Source: an uncultured virus (IMG/VR IMGVR_UViG_3300032053_000012) (taxonomy: Duplodnaviria; Heunggongvirae; Uroviricota; Caudoviricetes). From it: 64,000 nucleotides of DNA. This document shows, piece after piece, positions 27,116 through 36,724 of the stretch; position 1 is the stretch's first letter; every line of letters begins with the position of its first letter. The stretch is taken from IMG/VR virus record IMGVR_UViG_3300032053_000012, one strand, 5' to 3'. A program made the translations under genes and the position numbers. Below the pieces are notes generated by a model. It was not told the origin of the DNA, searched no databases, and was given only the letters and a program-made list of their open reading frames with translations.

Positions 27116-28462
27116 ATGGCGACCCGCGACGACGACGGCTACGGAGGAGGCGACGGCGGCGATGGCGGCGGCGGGCCGCCCCCGCGCGTGGAGGGCGACG
27201 GTCCCCCGCGCGACCGCGACCCGCGCGGCCCGGGCGGCTTCGGCGACCCGGGCGGCTTCGTCGGCGGCGGTCCCGGTGGCTCGGGCGGTCCCGGTGGGAG
27301 CGCGGCCTACGCGACGCGCCCGTCGCTCTCGATGGTGCGCGGCGGCCTCGCGGCGCGCCGCCGCCCCGCGCATTTTCCAGAGCTGCGCGCGTGCGTCGAG
27401 GCGTGGCACCTCGGCAAACCGTATCGCGTCGACGGCGAGGTGCGGCGCATGCAGTGGGTCGCGCTCGTCCTGATCGACATGGACCGGCAGTACGTGGTGC
27501 TGTCGCGCGAGGACCTGAGCCCGCAGGAGGACGACGACGAGCTCGCGCGCGAGGTCGAGCTGAAGATCGAGTCCTACGTGGGGGGCCTCGGCGACGGGAT
27601 GCCGCACCACTTCACGGTCGAGTGCTCGTTCGCCGACGGCGAGGGGCGCACGGGCGTCGAGGTGTGGACCGGCAACCTCACCCTGCCGACCTCGACCCCG
27701 ACCTACGGGCAGGGGCCGGCGTACTCGCCGGGCGGGATGGGGTACGGCGGGGCGCCGCAGCACCTCTCGCGGCCCGACAGCTTCCTCGCGACGGTGCACA
27801 AGGACCGGATCGACATCATGCAGATCGCGATGAACGCGATCCGCGAGACGAGCCAGTTCGCGATGGACATGATGCGCGAGCAGCGCGCGACGATCCAGCG
27901 CTACCAGGACCGCGAGGGCGCGTTCATCGTCATGTGGCAGGCCGAGGAGGACCGCAAGGCGAAGCTCGCGCGCGAGGCGCGGCTCGACGACTACAAGATC
28001 CGCGCGCTCGACATGCTGGTCGGGCGGCTCTCCGCGATCATCCCGGTGGTGGGCGTGGAGATCAGCCGGTGGATCAAGCGGCGCCGCGAGGGGGACAAGG
28101 CCGTGAGCCCGCGCGAGGACCGCGCGTACGCGGTGCTCAAGGGGATCGTCGAGGCGATGCAGCGGTCGGGCATGGCGCCGAACGCGGAGGCGCTGAAGAT
28201 GATGCTCCAGCAGATGGGGGTGTCGGGCGATCTCGAGCGCGACCTGATGGATCTGATCGAGGAGTTCGTGATCGAGGAGATGCGCAAGAAGGCCGAGGCC
28301 GACGGCAAGCAGGCGCGCGGCGTGCTGGGCGTGATGATCGGCGCGCCCGGCGGCGGCGGTGGCGGCGGAGCACTGGGAGACGGAAGCGCGCCGACGAGCC
28401 TGCTCGGCGAGCGCGCGGGATCGACGGACGCTGGATCGACGGACGCGGGGAAGAAGGAGTAG
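27116..28462 (+). CDS. hypothetical protein with Gly-rich ends and a helical Met-rich C-terminal half
   Basis: 448 aa; strong GC3 codon pattern. Confidence 0.75.
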   Translation: MATRDDDGYGGGDGGDGGGGPPPRVEGDGPPRDRDPRGPGGFGDPGGFVGGGPGGSGGPGGSAAYATRPSLSMVRGGLAARRRPAHFPELRACVEAWHLGKPYRVDGEVRRMQWVALVLIDMDRQYVVLSREDLSPQEDDDELAREVELKIESYVGGLGDGMPHHFTVECSFADGEGRTGVEVWTGNLTLPTSTPTYGQGPAYSPGGMGYGGAPQHLSRPDSFLATVHKDRIDIMQIAMNAIRETSQFAMDMMREQRATIQRYQDREGAFIVMWQAEEDRKAKLAREARLDDYKIRALDMLVGRLSAIIPVVGVEISRWIKRRREGDKAVSPREDRAYAVLKGIVEAMQRSGMAPNAEALKMMLQQMGVSGDLERDLMDLIEEFVIEEMRKKAEADGKQARGVLGVMIGAPGGGGGGGALGDGSAPTSLLGERAGSTDAGSTDAGKKE

Positions 28463-28466
28463 TCCC

Positions 28467-29345
28467 ATGACTGGCAGACGAGTCGAGAACGAGTACGGGC
28501 TCACGTTCGCCGAGTGGCTGGCCGCAGCGGGCGGTCGCGCGCACGTCGACGCGGTGATCCAGTCTGGCACGACCGCGCAAAAGGCGTGGCGAGGCGGGGA
28601 GGACCCGACCGAGTACCGCGCCGCGGACGCGACGAGGATCCGCGCGTCCAAGGCGAGGCGCCGGGGCAACAGCGCCAACGCCGCGGACGCGAGCGGCCCT
28701 GGCCTATCGTGCGACATGGAGCGCGACTGCACCGCGCCGGTGACGCACGCCGACGCCAAGGGCTACGTGTACTGCGAGAGGCACGCGACGCAGCGTAAGT
28801 CGTCGTACGGTGCCCCTCGCGTTCGCAAACTCAAGCCGCACGAGGTCTCACGACTCGGTCGAGGTGAGCGACTTCACGCCGCGGGCGCAGGCGCCACGAC
28901 GACGAAGAAGAGGATCGAGCCGGTGTTCGCATGCATGGAGTGCGGCCGAAAGTTCAGGACGGTCGGCGCCGCGCAGCGCGCGACGAACCAGGGGTGTCCT
29001 GGCTGCGGCGGCTCGGACATAGACCTCTACGTGCCGTCCGAGAAGAAGAGGAGCGAGAACATGACCAGCACGACCAGCAGCAACATGGCGAAGTCCAAGG
29101 CGCGCGTGCGCCTCGGCAAGAAGGCGCTCTCCGCGCCGACCCGGGTCGCGACGCTGGCCGAGCTCGGCCACCGCTACGACCCCGACGCGTTCTACAGCGT
29201 GAAGGCGGGAAAGCTGCACGTCCGGCACCGCAAGGTCGGGCGCGGCCTCGGCAAGGCGTCCGTGCTCGGCCCGGTGCCCGGGTTCAGGAAGGGCCTCTTC
29301 TACTACGTCGCGCGCGGTGTGGTCTACGCGCGCTCGCGCAAGTAG
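28467..29345 (+). CDS. modular protein of small domains (two Zn fingers, basic tail)
   Basis: AAGGAG RBS; CDM..DC...YCERH; CMECG...CPGCG; possible internal start at 29061. Confidence 0.7.
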   Translation: MTGRRVENEYGLTFAEWLAAAGGRAHVDAVIQSGTTAQKAWRGGEDPTEYRAADATRIRASKARRRGNSANAADASGPGLSCDMERDCTAPVTHADAKGYVYCERHATQRKSSYGAPRVRKLKPHEVSRLGRGERLHAAGAGATTTKKRIEPVFACMECGRKFRTVGAAQRATNQGCPGCGGSDIDLYVPSEKKRSENMTSTTSSNMAKSKARVRLGKKALSAPTRVATLAELGHRYDPDAFYSVKAGKLHVRHRKVGRGLGKASVLGPVPGFRKGLFYYVARGVVYARSRK

Positions 29346-29359
29346 GAGGGCGCGTCCCC

Positions 29360-29857
29360 GTGCCGCAGCCGCCGCGCTACGTGCTCCGCGACGCGAGCCA
29401 GGGCCTCGAGCGGGCGGTCCCCGTGCGATCGGGGTCGTCGCTGCGCGCGCTCGCGCGGTTCGGCCGGGTGGTCGCCGACGAGGAGATGCGACGGACGGTC
29501 GTGACCGACGAGCGCGACGGGTCGGTCGCGTGGGACTCCGCGCTCTGGACAGAGGAGCCGTCGTCTCGCGGAGGAGGCGCGCGCGCGGACGCGGACGCGG
29601 CGGTCCCGCACGCGCACCCGCACGTCGAGCTCTCGCCGGGCACGCGCGCGATCGCGCGCGTCTCGGGGCGCGACGTGGAGGTCGAGGTGGTCTACGCGCG
29701 GTCGGTCAGCAGGCGCGGGCGCGTGGTCGGCCGGCGCGTGGTGGTGCGGCGCCTCGACACGGGCGCGGTGCTGCCGCGCCCGAGGCGCGAGTCGGAACTG
29801 CGCGTGCGGCACCAGGCGCAGGCGGCGGCGGGACGGGCGGGACGGCCGCGCGGCTAG
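29360..29857 (+). CDS. hypothetical protein
   Basis: GGAGG RBS then GTG. Confidence 0.55.
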   Translation: MPQPPRYVLRDASQGLERAVPVRSGSSLRALARFGRVVADEEMRRTVVTDERDGSVAWDSALWTEEPSSRGGGARADADAAVPHAHPHVELSPGTRAIARVSGRDVEVEVVYARSVSRRGRVVGRRVVVRRLDTGAVLPRPRRESELRVRHQAQAAAGRAGRPRG

Positions 29858-29882
29858 CCGAGCGGTAGAGGAGAGGGCTACC

Positions 29883-31607
29883 ATGTCGGGCATGACCAGA
29901 GACGACGTCGAGCATGCCTTCCACGTCGGGATCGGCGACCAGGGCGTCGAACGCGAGGTACGCGGGACGGAGGAGGCTGGACGCCAGCTCGCCGAGTACG
30001 CCCGAGCGATCGAGCACGCGGGCGGCGGCTTCATCCGAGTGCTCCGTCGGTGGGGCGTCGACCCGACGTGGGAGAACGCGCTCGACACGTCCTACGACGG
30101 GCGCCGCTGGCACACCGATCCGTCGCGGAGCGTCGGCCGACCGCTCCGCGACGACGTGGTTCTGGGACCGTCGTCGGATCCCGCTCTGCCGCGCTTGGTA
30201 CGCCACTCCGTCCACCGCGAGCCCGCGCGCAGACCGACGGGCGGCGCAAGCGGCGACCGGTTCGGCGCGCGCGCGGTCGACCACCGCGGCGGCGTCGTCT
30301 GGGAGAAGACGGGGAGCAGCGTCAAGGGACTGATGGACGCCGCCGACCGCGAGGTTCCGAAGTCGAAGGCGCGGAGCGTCGTGATCCGAGAGGACTACAC
30401 GTCGGACGGCACCTACTGGGGTTCGGGTCACGGACGCGTCGTCGCGAGTCGCGAGGGCGGCGGCGGAAGGGGTCCGGGCGGGTGGATCGTCGAGGGATAC
30501 GACGTCCATCACGGCGCTGTGAACCGCGCGGGTCGTCCCCGCGGCTCGCGCGTCGTCGACGACCGCGTCGTCGTCGCGCCGCGCGCGTCCGTGGGCGACG
30601 ACTGGGTCGCGCGCGTCTCGGTCGGCGACTGGGTCGAGGTCGAGGACCGCGGCGGCACCATCGCGGGCGAGGTCGTCCACGTCGGTACCTCGTCGAGCTC
30701 GCTCGACCCGGCCGGGACCCGCTACGCGCGGATCCGCAGGAGCGCGGGCCGCAGCGCGAGCGAGGTCGACGTCGCGCCGCCCTGGCAGCGGCTCGTGCAC
30801 CACGAGCCGGGCTACCGCGCGCGGGCCGACGCGCTGCGGCGCGAAGGACGTAAGAAGCGTGGGGACCGTGCCGGGGTCGGCAGGTCCCGCGGCGGGCATG
30901 TGAGGGTCCACGACATGACCTTCGCCGAGTTCCAGGCGCAGGCGATCCAGGCCCGTCAGCCGAGGACGAGCCAGCAGACCGTAGTCGTCGACGTCCACGC
31001 CGGGAACCGCGCCAAGACGTTGACACGCAAGAGTCCCCTCGTCAGCACGAAGGACGTCGACTTCGGCGAGTACAAACTCGTCTACCTCGGCGACCCGGGC
31101 CGCGGCATGGCGAACAAGTACGATCCCGTCTGGGGCGTGGTGACCTACGGAGGCAAGGTCGTCCGAGGACCGAGGCCGCGCGACGAAGTGCGCCAGGTGA
31201 TCGAGCGGGCCACCGGGAAGTTCGAGGAGGACTTGCCCCACCCTAAGGACTGGATCCTCGGCAAGAACGAGGCGCGCGGCGCATCCTCCGCGCGCTTCGA
31301 CCCGTCGCCGCTCACGCGGGTCAAGGTCATCACGAGCCACGCCGGCAAGTCGCGCTTCCTGCGCGAGACCGACGACTTCCCGGGCGCGACGTGGGTCAAG
31401 GGCTACGTCCCGCGCCAGAAGCAGATCCCGTCGCCTTACGCGTACTCGCCGACCGACGCGGTCCACGCGTGGCAGGGCCGGCCGATCATCATTCGCGAGA
31501 CGGCCCACAAGCGCTACGAGGTCTTCGAACTCCCGCCCGACATGCCGGTCGAGCCGAACGAGGACGCGCTCGTCGCGAGGATGCAGCGCGAGGGGGCGTT
31601 CCGATGA
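29883..31607 (+). CDS. large modular (polyvalent-like) protein
   Basis: 574 aa; small domains separated by NRAG/DRAG/NRAK/NEARG linkers. Confidence 0.75.
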   Translation: MSGMTRDDVEHAFHVGIGDQGVEREVRGTEEAGRQLAEYARAIEHAGGGFIRVLRRWGVDPTWENALDTSYDGRRWHTDPSRSVGRPLRDDVVLGPSSDPALPRLVRHSVHREPARRPTGGASGDRFGARAVDHRGGVVWEKTGSSVKGLMDAADREVPKSKARSVVIREDYTSDGTYWGSGHGRVVASREGGGGRGPGGWIVEGYDVHHGAVNRAGRPRGSRVVDDRVVVAPRASVGDDWVARVSVGDWVEVEDRGGTIAGEVVHVGTSSSSLDPAGTRYARIRRSAGRSASEVDVAPPWQRLVHHEPGYRARADALRREGRKKRGDRAGVGRSRGGHVRVHDMTFAEFQAQAIQARQPRTSQQTVVVDVHAGNRAKTLTRKSPLVSTKDVDFGEYKLVYLGDPGRGMANKYDPVWGVVTYGGKVVRGPRPRDEVRQVIERATGKFEEDLPHPKDWILGKNEARGASSARFDPSPLTRVKVITSHAGKSRFLRETDDFPGATWVKGYVPRQKQIPSPYAYSPTDAVHAWQGRPIIIRETAHKRYEVFELPPDMPVEPNEDALVARMQREGAFR

Positions 31608-31716
31608 ACCGCGTGCTCTGGCTCCTCTACGAGGAGGCGCTCCACGTCGCGCTCGTCGCGGCCTCGGTCGCCCGCGCGCACCGGTCGCTGCTGTCTCACG
31701 GGCGGTGCCGGCCGTG

Positions 31717-32985
31717 ATGGTCCTCTCCCACGACGCCGAGGCGGGCACGACGCTGCGGGGCGACACGCGCCCCTACAAGGACGCGATCAAGCGGATCGGC
31801 ATGCGCTGGTACGCCGCGGGCGGCTTCTGGTACGTGCCGCGCACGCGCGGCCTGTCCGCGCCGCCGCGCCCGCTCGAGGTCTGGGCGAGCGAGCTTCGCG
31901 CGGCGGGCGCCGAGGTCGAGCTCGCGGGCGTGCTGGCGCCTACCACGCAGGCCCCCGCGATCCGCGTCGGCGACCCGGTCGAGCTCGCGGCCGAGCGCGC
32001 TGACCGGCTGCGCGAGCGCGCCCACGCGAAGGAGGCCGAGGCGCACGCCGCCTACGAGCGCTCGCACGCCATCTCCGACCGCATCCCGTTCGGTCAGCCG
32101 ATCCTCGTCGGCCACCACTCGGAGCGGCGGCACAGGAAGGACATCGAGCGGATCGACGCGTCCATGCGCCGGTCGGTCGACGCGTCCAAGGAGGCCGCGT
32201 CGCTCGAGCGGCGCGCGGAGTCGATCGAGCGGCGCGTCGAGGCGGCGTCCCCCGAGGCGCGTGCGCAGGCGCAGATCGGTCGCGCGACCCTCGAGCAGGT
32301 CGCCGAACTGGTCAGCGGGTCGCTCAAGCGCGACGTGGGCGCGCGCACCGTGAGAAAACAGAGCGGCGTCGACTGGGCGGGCTACTACGTCGGCTACGAC
32401 GAGCCCAGGGCGTCCTCCACGACCGCTCAGTTTGTCCCGCTGGCGATCCGACCGCAGAACGTGTGGATCCGCCGCGCGGGCCTCGGCCTCTCCGTCAGCG
32501 TCGGCGACGTCTCAGGCGCGGGGGCGCCGCTGCCGGTCGGCGACGCGCCGCCCGAGGAGGTCTACCGGATGATCGTCGCGGCATTGCCGAAGTCGCCGAC
32601 CGCGAAGCCGAGGGCCGCCGGCGAGCCCGCGGAGCGCAGGGCGCCGACGCCGGCCGCGGCGAAGAAGGCGGCGGAGAAGGCCGCCGCCGACGAGTTCAAC
32701 GAGGTGCTCCGCACAGGCATGCGGGTCGAGGCGCGCTGGACGAGCAACTTCCACAAGTCGAGGCGACCTGCGACGATCGTGAGCCTCGCGGGGTCGAGCC
32801 TGCGCGTCTCGATCGACACGAAGAGCGGCGAGTACGCGGAGATGGTGCTGCCGCGGTACGGCGGCGCGGGGTACTCGATCAACCACGGGGTGTTCCCGCC
32901 GCCGTCGAGCGGCGAGGGCGTCGGCGTCGCGAACGAGGCGCGCGGCCGTCGCGCCGCAGCAGGAGGTCGGTCATGGCTGCGGTGA
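31717..32985 (+). CDS. DUF3560-domain polyvalent-type protein
   Basis: ERADRL...YERSHAISDRIPFGQPILVGHHSERRHRKDIERI is the DUF3560 signature; N-terminal GDTRPYKDAIK..G.RW..WY. Confidence 0.85.
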   Translation: MVLSHDAEAGTTLRGDTRPYKDAIKRIGMRWYAAGGFWYVPRTRGLSAPPRPLEVWASELRAAGAEVELAGVLAPTTQAPAIRVGDPVELAAERADRLRERAHAKEAEAHAAYERSHAISDRIPFGQPILVGHHSERRHRKDIERIDASMRRSVDASKEAASLERRAESIERRVEAASPEARAQAQIGRATLEQVAELVSGSLKRDVGARTVRKQSGVDWAGYYVGYDEPRASSTTAQFVPLAIRPQNVWIRRAGLGLSVSVGDVSGAGAPLPVGDAPPEEVYRMIVAALPKSPTAKPRAAGEPAERRAPTPAAAKKAAEKAAADEFNEVLRTGMRVEARWTSNFHKSRRPATIVSLAGSSLRVSIDTKSGEYAEMVLPRYGGAGYSINHGVFPPPSSGEGVGVANEARGRRAAAGGRSWLR

Positions 32986-33503
32986 TGAGGTCGGGCGTGC
33001 TCGACGACCTGTGGATAGGGATCGAGTGGATGAGTCCGCACGGGAAACGCTGGGTAGCGCGCCGCGAGGGCGACCGCCTGTTCCTCGCGACCGAGGGATC
33101 GCCGTCATTCGAGATCGTCCGTGAGTCGGACATCGATCGGCAGATCCAAGTCGACGAGTCGCAGATGCGGCGTTGTCAGTCGGCGAGCGCGGAGGCCGAG
33201 GCGCAGGTAGCCAAGATCGAAGAGAAGCGCGGACTCCACGGATTCACTGCCTCGATGCCTGCCGTCAAGGCTCGGAAGATTGAGGAAACGCTCGACAGGC
33301 AGCAGGGCTTCTCTGGTCGCCTCATGCCCCGTCGCGTCTTCGCGGAGGGAGCGGTCGAGTCGGGCGCCGTCGTGGCGTTGAGTCCGAAGGGGGATCGTCG
33401 GCTCGTGTTCCCGGACGGGAGCTTCTTCGCAGAGCGAGACGTGACGAAGATTGTGCTCGACTACGTCGATTTCATGGTGAGGAGACTCGGTCATGGCCGC
33501 TAA
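32973..33503 (+). CDS. hypothetical protein
   Basis: AGGAGG RBS; lower GC3 than neighbours. Confidence 0.7.
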   Translation: MAAVMRSGVLDDLWIGIEWMSPHGKRWVARREGDRLFLATEGSPSFEIVRESDIDRQIQVDESQMRRCQSASAEAEAQVAKIEEKRGLHGFTASMPAVKARKIEETLDRQQGFSGRLMPRRVFAEGAVESGAVVALSPKGDRRLVFPDGSFFAERDVTKIVLDYVDFMVRRLGHGR

Positions 33504-33647
33504 AAAGCGTACCCGTCCCAGCAGGATTCCCGTCGACGCGCGCGACGTGCGCGCGCTCGAGGCGGACCACGCGACGCTGTGGGACGGCCAGCCGATGCAC
33601 GAGACCGGCTCGGGCTGGGGACACTGAACGAGGGAGAGAGGCCGACC

Positions 33648-34367
33648 ATGCGCTACGAGCTACAGTACGACGGGCGCGGCGAGGGCTACTTCCTGAGCAG
33701 GGAGGCGGCGCACGGCCACGCGCGCGAGCTCGCGGCGGTCGGCGGGCGCCGCCTCGAGCGCTTCCGCGTCGTGCCGGTGACGCACGGCCGGCTCAACCTC
33801 GCGAGGGCGGGCGTGGCTACGAGGGCCGCGCGCTACGGCGTCTACCGGCACGCTGACTGGGTCGAGGGCCGCGGCGCCGTGCCGACCGGGCGCGGCTACG
33901 TCGCCCGCGAGGTGACGGCCGCGGTGCCCTACTCGCGCATGGAGCCGCTGCGCGTCTTCCGACGGCGCGCCGACGCGGACAAGATGGCCGATCGCCTTAC
34001 GTTCGAGCCGTCTGGAGCAGGCGGCGGTCGCGACCGCGCGGGTCCCCTCGGCGAGCCCGAGGTCGACCCGCGCATCTACGGCGACCCGGCGGTGCCGTTC
34101 GCGGCGCAGCACTGGTACTCGGGGCAGGGCGACCCGCTCTACGCGCTCGCCTCGTCGGGCTGGCCGCAGCCGCTCTCGACCGCGGAGTGGGCGCTCGCGA
34201 ACGCGATGCGCGCGCGGAGGGACTTCGACGCGGCGATGCGGCAGAAGTACGGCAAGAAGCGGAGGCGGTGGTCGAGCGAGGACCACAACGCGGACAACCA
34301 GCTCCGCGAGCTCGAGGAGGGCCTCACGGAGTCGGTGCGCCGCCGGTCGGCGCAGGAGTGGTACTGA
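33648..34367 (+). CDS. modular hypothetical protein
   Basis: Three small domains with NLARAG and DRAG linkers; WYSGQGDPLYALASSG. Confidence 0.7.
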   Translation: MRYELQYDGRGEGYFLSREAAHGHARELAAVGGRRLERFRVVPVTHGRLNLARAGVATRAARYGVYRHADWVEGRGAVPTGRGYVAREVTAAVPYSRMEPLRVFRRRADADKMADRLTFEPSGAGGGRDRAGPLGEPEVDPRIYGDPAVPFAAQHWYSGQGDPLYALASSGWPQPLSTAEWALANAMRARRDFDAAMRQKYGKKRRRWSSEDHNADNQLRELEEGLTESVRRRSAQEWY

Positions 34368-34372
34368 TCACC

Positions 34373-35428
34373 ATGTCGAATCCCTTGTCGAAACTGATCT
34401 CGCTGCGCAGGCCCTCGCTCCTCGTCGACGCCCGGTCGCTCCCGACCCCGCGTCCGCGTCCGTACCTCGCGGCGGGCGTCGGCCAGACCGGCTCCGACAT
34501 CGAGACCGACCTCGCCGACGCCGTGAGCCGAGAGGACTACGACAACGTCTTCCGGCGCTACATGAAGAAGGGGTGGGTGCCAAACTACATCGCCAAGACG
34601 GGGTGGTGGGGCGGCAAGGTCACGATCAAGGAGGGCGGCCACGTGCTCGAGGTCCTGGTCGCGCCCGACTACGGCGCGGTCGGGACCGACGACGACCCGT
34701 TCCGGATCGGCAACGAGACGCAGACCCTCGCGCAGGAGTACGTCGACAAGTACGACTCGATCATGCCGAGCCAGAAACTGCTGCGCGCGATCGAGGCGGC
34801 CGCGTCGCCGAAGATCCCCTACATCACGGTGCAGCTGCCGAGCGGGGGCGAGGACGCCACGGCCGCGGGGCTCGTCCGCGCGAACAACCTCGCGAACGCC
34901 GCGTTCGAGAAGCACGGCGTCACCTCGACCGACGGACGCCTCAAGCTCGGTTATCGCAAAAGCTACGTTGTGCGGCCGAACCTCGACGGCTCTCATATCG
35001 CGATCTACGGCGGACGGTGGTCGGCGAGCGGAGGACTCGTGCAGCCGCCGAGCGGCAACGCGCACACCGCGGCGTACAGCGGGCCGAGCCACGGGATCGT
35101 GCTGGTGTCGCGCAAGGCGAAACTCGACGGCGACGCGGTGGACCTGCGCGACGACGTGTTCGGCAGCGACGACGCGTCGGTGCGCGCGCTGGTCAACGAC
35201 GAGGGTGTGAAGTTCGACCCGGTGTTCCCGAACGCGGGGTCGGGGTCGATCGCGAAGTTCTCGAGCGGCGGCGGCGGAGGCGGCGGTGGAGGAGGAGGCG
35301 GCGGCATCACGAGCCGTCCGCCGCGCGAGACGTACGACACGGGCGCGAGCGCCGGGGAGGCGGGCATGGGCGTGGGCACCCTCGCGCTCGCGTTCGGGAT
35401 CGGCCTCGTGGTCTGGGGGGTGTCCTGA
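34373..35428 (+). CDS. C-terminally anchored protein, possible cell-wall-acting enzyme
   Basis: PDYGAVGTDDDPFRI...AQ...MPS.KL...GYRKSYVV...IAIYG..G.VQP...H..YS..SHGIVLV, poly-Gly linker, C-terminal TM helix. Confidence 0.6.
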   Translation: MSNPLSKLISLRRPSLLVDARSLPTPRPRPYLAAGVGQTGSDIETDLADAVSREDYDNVFRRYMKKGWVPNYIAKTGWWGGKVTIKEGGHVLEVLVAPDYGAVGTDDDPFRIGNETQTLAQEYVDKYDSIMPSQKLLRAIEAAASPKIPYITVQLPSGGEDATAAGLVRANNLANAAFEKHGVTSTDGRLKLGYRKSYVVRPNLDGSHIAIYGGRWSASGGLVQPPSGNAHTAAYSGPSHGIVLVSRKAKLDGDAVDLRDDVFGSDDASVRALVNDEGVKFDPVFPNAGSGSIAKFSSGGGGGGGGGGGGGITSRPPRETYDTGASAGEAGMGVGTLALAFGIGLVVWGVS

Positions 35429-35649
35429 TGGCGACCAAGCCGACCCGATCGACCCGGTTCGACGTCCGGAACGTCTCCGACCAGGAGCGGGTCTTCGCCG
35501 CGTCCCTGGTGGGCGTGAGGGTCGGCGGTCGCTTCGTCGAGCAGCCGCTGGATGCCTCGTGCTCGCACGGGACGCCGGTCCTCGACTGCGGAGAATGCGG
35601 AGAATGCGCCGCGGAGTACGCCGCGGAGCACGGCGAGGTCGAGTCGTGA
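35428..35649 (+). CDS. hypothetical protein
   Basis: TGATG coupling; CSHG..CGECGEC. Confidence 0.55.
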   Translation: MATKPTRSTRFDVRNVSDQERVFAASLVGVRVGGRFVEQPLDASCSHGTPVLDCGECGECAAEYAAEHGEVES

Positions 35650-36119
35650 GCGCGCCCCCCGACCGCGACCGGTTCGACGAACAGAGTTTCGACGAACTGC
35701 TCGAGCGGTCCTCGCTCGGTACGCCCGGGGCGAGGGCCGTCAGGGCGCAGGCGGACCCGGCGACGGTCGCGAGGGTGCTCGAGCGCGTGGACGAGATCGA
35801 CGTCCAGGAGCGCGAGCGCGCGCTCGCGCAGCTCGACGCGCTGACGACCGAGCAGCGGCTCGCACTGCACACCTCGGCGACGAGGCGGTGCGACCTCGCG
35901 ACGCTCGACCTGCTCGACCGGTGGGCGCGTCGCGCGGAGCACTCGGTCGAGGGGTTCGTGATCGTCGACCTCTCGACCGGTCGGCGCTACATCGACCGCG
36001 TCTACGGTCGCGAGCGGGAGGCGGCGGCCGAGCTCGCGTCGCTGCTGCGCGGCTACCCGGAGGGCCACGAGTGGCGATGCAGGCTCGCGGTGCGTTCGCG
36101 GGACTGGAGGTCGTCGTGA
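35646..36119 (+). CDS. hypothetical protein
   Basis: GTGA coupling. Confidence 0.6.
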   Translation: MSAPPDRDRFDEQSFDELLERSSLGTPGARAVRAQADPATVARVLERVDEIDVQERERALAQLDALTTEQRLALHTSATRRCDLATLDLLDRWARRAEHSVEGFVIVDLSTGRRYIDRVYGREREAAAELASLLRGYPEGHEWRCRLAVRSRDWRSS

Positions 36120-36724
36120 GGACGAGGAAGAAGAAGACGAGCACTGAGACTGGGAGTAGCAACCGCGCGTGGAAGACGCGTGCGCAGCTCGTCAACGACG
36201 TCGAGGAGGCGCACCGCGCATGGCGACAGGTCGTGGACCGGGCCGACCTCGACGAGCTCGAGTACGCCGACCTCGAGCAGCGGCTCGGCCTGCGCTACCA
36301 GAGTGCTAGGGCGCGGCTCGACGCCTACGACGCCGAGGCCGAGCACTACCCGGGTCGCGCGCGGCGCGAGGGGCGCGACCAAGCCGGACCGCGCGTCGCG
36401 CGACCGACCGACACGAACCTCTACGTGCTGCAGGAGGTCGCGGACGCGGTCGAGCTCTACGGGGCGCCGGTTCGGCGCTTCTCGCCGACGAGCGCGCCGC
36501 ACCTGCGGCGGCTGATCGGGTTCGGCCTGCTCGAGCGAACAGAGACGAAGATCCTCGGAGACTCGCGCGCGCCCGGCTGGGCGCCCAGCGCGGCGGGCTA
36601 CGCCGCGCTCGAGGAGCGGCGCCGCGCGTACCCGGCCCTCGCGGCGGCGACCGGGCTGCGCGACCCCGACCCCGAGCGGCGCGAGCGCTACGTCCGCATG
36701 TTGAGACAGGAGATGCAGCCGTGA
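36116..36724 (+). CDS. modular hypothetical protein
   Basis: GGAGG RBS; NRAW and DQAG linkers. Confidence 0.65.
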   Translation: MRTRKKKTSTETGSSNRAWKTRAQLVNDVEEAHRAWRQVVDRADLDELEYADLEQRLGLRYQSARARLDAYDAEAEHYPGRARREGRDQAGPRVARPTDTNLYVLQEVADAVELYGAPVRRFSPTSAPHLRRLIGFGLLERTETKILGDSRAPGWAPSAAGYAALEERRRAYPALAAATGLRDPDPERRERYVRMLRQEMQP

